The notes under the pieces: model-generated
What the model was told of the DNA's origin: nothing
The model's input: only the letters and a program-made list of their open reading frames with translations
The model's database searches: none
In this document: positions 30,785 to 33,161 of the stretch, piece by piece
How the letters are laid out: each line of letters starts with the position of its first letter
Numbering within the stretch: position 1 is the stretch's first letter
Translations under genes and position numbers: made by a program
Origin: an uncultured cyanobacterium
GTDB taxonomy: Bacteria > Cyanobacteriota > Cyanobacteriia > Cyanobacteriales > Microcystaceae
Length of the DNA stretch: 33,161 bases
NCBI GenBank assembly: GCA_963807635.1
Contig: CAWEDJ010000078.1
Location: 1-33,161 of the forward strand
Reading direction: 5' to 3'

Positions 30785-31888
30785 TTAAATTGATGAGTGG
30801 AGGACTGCATACTGGTCTAAAAGCATTTCAATTTGATTCAATAATTCTTCTTGAGTCCAATTTTGGTAGAGTGAGGCCGCGATCGCTGCTCCTCCTGCTC
30901 CCACACCTTCTTTGACAAAACCTTTTTCATAGGACTGTAGGGCAGAATAACGGGACTGAGCAAAACTTAATTGGGTGGCAATCAGGGAAACTGGGGGCAT
31001 TAATTCCGCGAGGCCGATGGTGTCTCCCGTTTCATCTTCCGCGACCCAACGGGTAGTTCCGACGACAATCTGTTCTAAGTTCGCGGTTTGTAAACCTAAT
31101 TTTAAAATCGCTTGGATCAGGGCATAAACCGCTAACATTTGGGTTCCGCCCGCTAACATTACTCCGACGCTCTGACTAGCCGCGATCGCCATTCCTGCGG
31201 CCACAATTTGCATAGGATCACCTACTGCCGCCACGCATTTAAAGGGGTCGGAAGTTTGTAAATTAGCGATATTTAGACCTTTTTGGACTAATGCTTGTTT
31301 TTGTTGATGATTACATTCGGGATGACTACTATTGACTTTCCCGAAAGCATTGATTCCTAAAGCGGTTAAAAGAGCTAGGGCGGTAGTGGTTCCCCCGACA
31401 ACGCATTCACTCAAAATGAGGTAACTATCGGGATAATCTTCGGCTAATTTTTTTCCCCAGATTAATCCCTGTTCAAACAAGTGATGGACGATTTTTAGGG
31501 GTAAGGCCTGACCAGTGGTTAAACATTTGGCGGCTAATCCTCCCAAATCAATACTAGGAACCGTCGGCGCGATGGGTAAACCTGCATTAAATAGATAAAC
31601 GGGAATTTGTAGTTTTTCGACAACGGCGCGGGTAATGAAAACGGGCGAGACTCCCACTGTCAGAGGGGGCAAGGGGTATTGGGGAGAGGATTGGCAACCA
31701 TTGATTAAAAATTCGCTGTCAGCGATCGCGGTATATTGTCGGTCTTGGGGCGTTTTCCCTGCGGCGGAAATGCCTGGAATTAAACCAGTTTCTGTAAAAC
31801 CCAACAGACAAGCAAAAACAGGACGTTGCGATCGATAGCGATCTAACCAACGCACTCCTAGCTCTGACTGGGTATAAATTTTGATCAT
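30785..31888 (-). CDS. cobT: Nicotinate-nucleotide phosphoribosyltransferase, cyanobacterial/archaeal CobT type
   Basis: IPGISAAG, ECVVGGTTTAL, VGDPMQ, LAGGTQM and KEGVGAGG. Start placed at MIKIYTQ (31888). Confidence 0.88.
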   Translation of the reverse strand: MIKIYTQSELGVRWLDRYRSQRPVFACLLGFTETGLIPGISAAGKTPQDRQYTAIADSEFLINGCQSSPQYPLPPLTVGVSPVFITRAVVEKLQIPVYLFNAGLPIAPTVPSIDLGGLAAKCLTTGQALPLKIVHHLFEQGLIWGKKLAEDYPDSYLILSECVVGGTTTALALLTALGINAFGKVNSSHPECNHQQKQALVQKGLNIANLQTSDPFKCVAAVGDPMQIVAAGMAIAASQSVGVMLAGGTQMLAVYALIQAILKLGLQTANLEQIVVGTTRWVAEDETGDTIGLAELMPPVSLIATQLSFAQSRYSALQSYEKGFVKEGVGAGGAAIAASLYQNWTQEELLNQIEMLLDQYAVLHSSI

Positions 31889-31913
31889 CTCTAACGTTAA
31901 ATTTGAGGCGGAT

Positions 31914-32297
31914 TTAAGATGGAGGCAAGCAGCCCAATAGTTTAGCGGCCCCCGCAACCAACGCCACAACTAATGCGCCTAAGATTCCTCTGTTTAAAAA
32001 TTCTTGATTATCTATCCGTTTATCAAAGCCCTTAAATTTTTCATCCAGAACTTTAATTTCGCCTGAAAGTTCTACCAGCCCAATTTCTAGTTTATTTAAC
32101 TTTTGATTGACTTCTACAAACTTTTGATTGACTTCCACAAACTCTTGCTTAACTTTTGCAAACTCTTGCTTAACGTCCGCAGATTGCTTATCTATTTTTT
32201 GATTGATTTCCGCAAATTGTCTGTCTATTTTCTGATCAAATCGTTCTAAAAAATCTTCGAGGGTATAACTAATGGTGGTTTGAGGGCTAGTGGTCAT
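31914..32297 (-). CDS. Heptad-repeat coiled-coil protein with a C-terminal membrane anchor
   Basis: Heptads SADVKQE FAKVKQE FVEVNQK FVEVNQK and C-terminal RGILGALVVALVAGAAKL. Confidence 0.75.
   Translation of the reverse strand: MTTSPQTTISYTLEDFLERFDQKIDRQFAEINQKIDKQSADVKQEFAKVKQEFVEVNQKFVEVNQKLNKLEIGLVELSGEIKVLDEKFKGFDKRIDNQEFLNRGILGALVVALVAGAAKLLGCLPPS
32098..32181. repeat. Four tandem 21-nt units (two pairs) encoding coiled-coil heptads
   Basis: AACTTTTGATTGACTTCTACA / AACTTTTGATTGACTTCCACA / AACTCTTGCTTAACTTTTGCA / AACTCTTGCTTAACGTCCGCA. Confidence 0.85.
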
Positions 32298-32372
32298 AGT
32301 TAATTGCAAGGAGTATTAATTTTATTTTTATTATAGTTTACAAGAAAAGATTATTTCTAAACGTAGTTACAA

Positions 32373-32418
32373 CAAGGCGATCGCCTATTACCGTGAAGAT
32401 AAAAACGCGATCGCCTTG
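32373..32418. repeat. HIP1-containing inverted repeat downstream of clpP
   Basis: CAAGGCGATCGC (32373-32384) and GCGATCGCCTTG (32407-32418). Confidence 0.65.
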
Positions 32419-32434
32419 ATTTTAAAGTTTTAAT

Positions 32435-33031
32435 TTACAAAGGATTGAGAGCAGAAGGACGACGGTTAATGACTTGATCAATTAGTCCATATTCTTTAGC
32501 ATCTTCGGCGGACATAAAGAAATCTCTTTCGGTATCTTCAGCAATTTTATCTAGGGGTTGTCCCGTATGATTCGCTAAATGATTGTTGAGTAACTGTTTG
32601 AGATAAAGAATTTCCTTGGCTTGAATTTCAATATCCGTTGCCTGACCCTGGGCTCCACCGAGAGGTTGGTGGATCATGATACGGGAGTTGGGAAGGCTCA
32701 TGCGTTTGCCTTTGGTTCCTGCGCTGAGGAGAAATGCTCCCATACTGGCCGCGAGTCCGATACAAATGGTGCTGACATCGGGACGAATTTGATTCATGGT
32801 GTCAAAAATACCCAGTCCTGCTGAAACTGACCCCCCTGGAGAGTTGATATAGAGATAAATATCTTTTTCGGGGTCTTCCGCTTCTAGGAATAGTAATTGG
32901 GCGACAACTAGGTTGGCATTTTCATCCCGCACTTCTTGCCCTAAAAAGACAATTCTCTCCCGTAACAGACGAGAGTAAATATCAAAAGCGCGATCGCCGC
33001 GACCAGAAGTTTCAATAACGGTAGGAATCAT
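32435..33031 (-). CDS. clpP: ATP-dependent Clp protease proteolytic subunit
   Basis: [32 protein letters not shown] (Ser), IMIHQP (His) and ERDFFM (Asp). Confidence 0.97.
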   Translation of the reverse strand: MIPTVIETSGRGDRAFDIYSRLLRERIVFLGQEVRDENANLVVAQLLFLEAEDPEKDIYLYINSPGGSVSAGLGIFDTMNQIRPDVSTICIGLAASMGAFLLSAGTKGKRMSLPNSRIMIHQPLGGAQGQATDIEIQAKEILYLKQLLNNHLANHTGQPLDKIAEDTERDFFMSAEDAKEYGLIDQVINRRPSALNPL

Positions 33032-33161
33032 GGAGGGTCTATTTTATCGAATCGGGTTTTATTGATTGTGCCATATTTCAATGACTTACGGCTACTTCTA
33101 CCCACGACATCGGTGAAGAAAAGGCGATCGCGACCAACTTAAAAAATTCCCACCTGTAAAT

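Noticed and set aside
165..32824. Short opposite-strand or alternative-frame ORFs (e.g. 165..353, 1517..1837, 3044..3250, 6703..6915, 13348..13593, 18138..18395, 26484..26771, 28027..28293, 30198..30464, 32621..32824)
   Set aside because: They overlap well-supported genes and have no recognisable motifs.

Overview
Chromosomal segment of a low-GC cyanobacterium, probably Chroococcales/Synechocystis-like. The assignment rests on about 35-40 HIP1 GCGATCGC octamers counted by eye and on pipX, ldpA, ycf45 and an SLH porin. Most of the window is core genes: tRNA-Pro(GGG), a LOG-family gene, lgt, a CHAD gene, speA, queA, ispF, the pipX-pipY-sepF-proC cluster, ldpA, ycf45, a DnaJ-domain gene, cysK, a SomA-type porin, cobB, cobT and clpP. 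About 11 genes, some essential, are split by single-base indels, which most likely reflects assembly errors. The points of most interest are: (1) a co-directional minus-strand run of dGTPase, an AT-rich ABC/AAA_15-21 ATPase, a TOPRIM-like DUF3226 protein and a membrane-anchored AAA_35-WD40 NTPase, which could be a defence or nucleotide-stress module; (2) a highly structured ~250-nt transcript missing from the ORF track between cobB and the porin, carrying a 23-codon ORF whose perfect Shine-Dalgarno is sequestered in a hairpin; (3) a 92-bp MITE-like element with a nested REP-like palindrome after ldpA; (4) a small protein built from Gly/Met decapeptide repeats with a His-rich tail; (5) a Yfr1 target motif over the porin ribosome-binding region. 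No CRISPR array, transposase or integrase was seen. All family calls come from motif recognition, not database searches.
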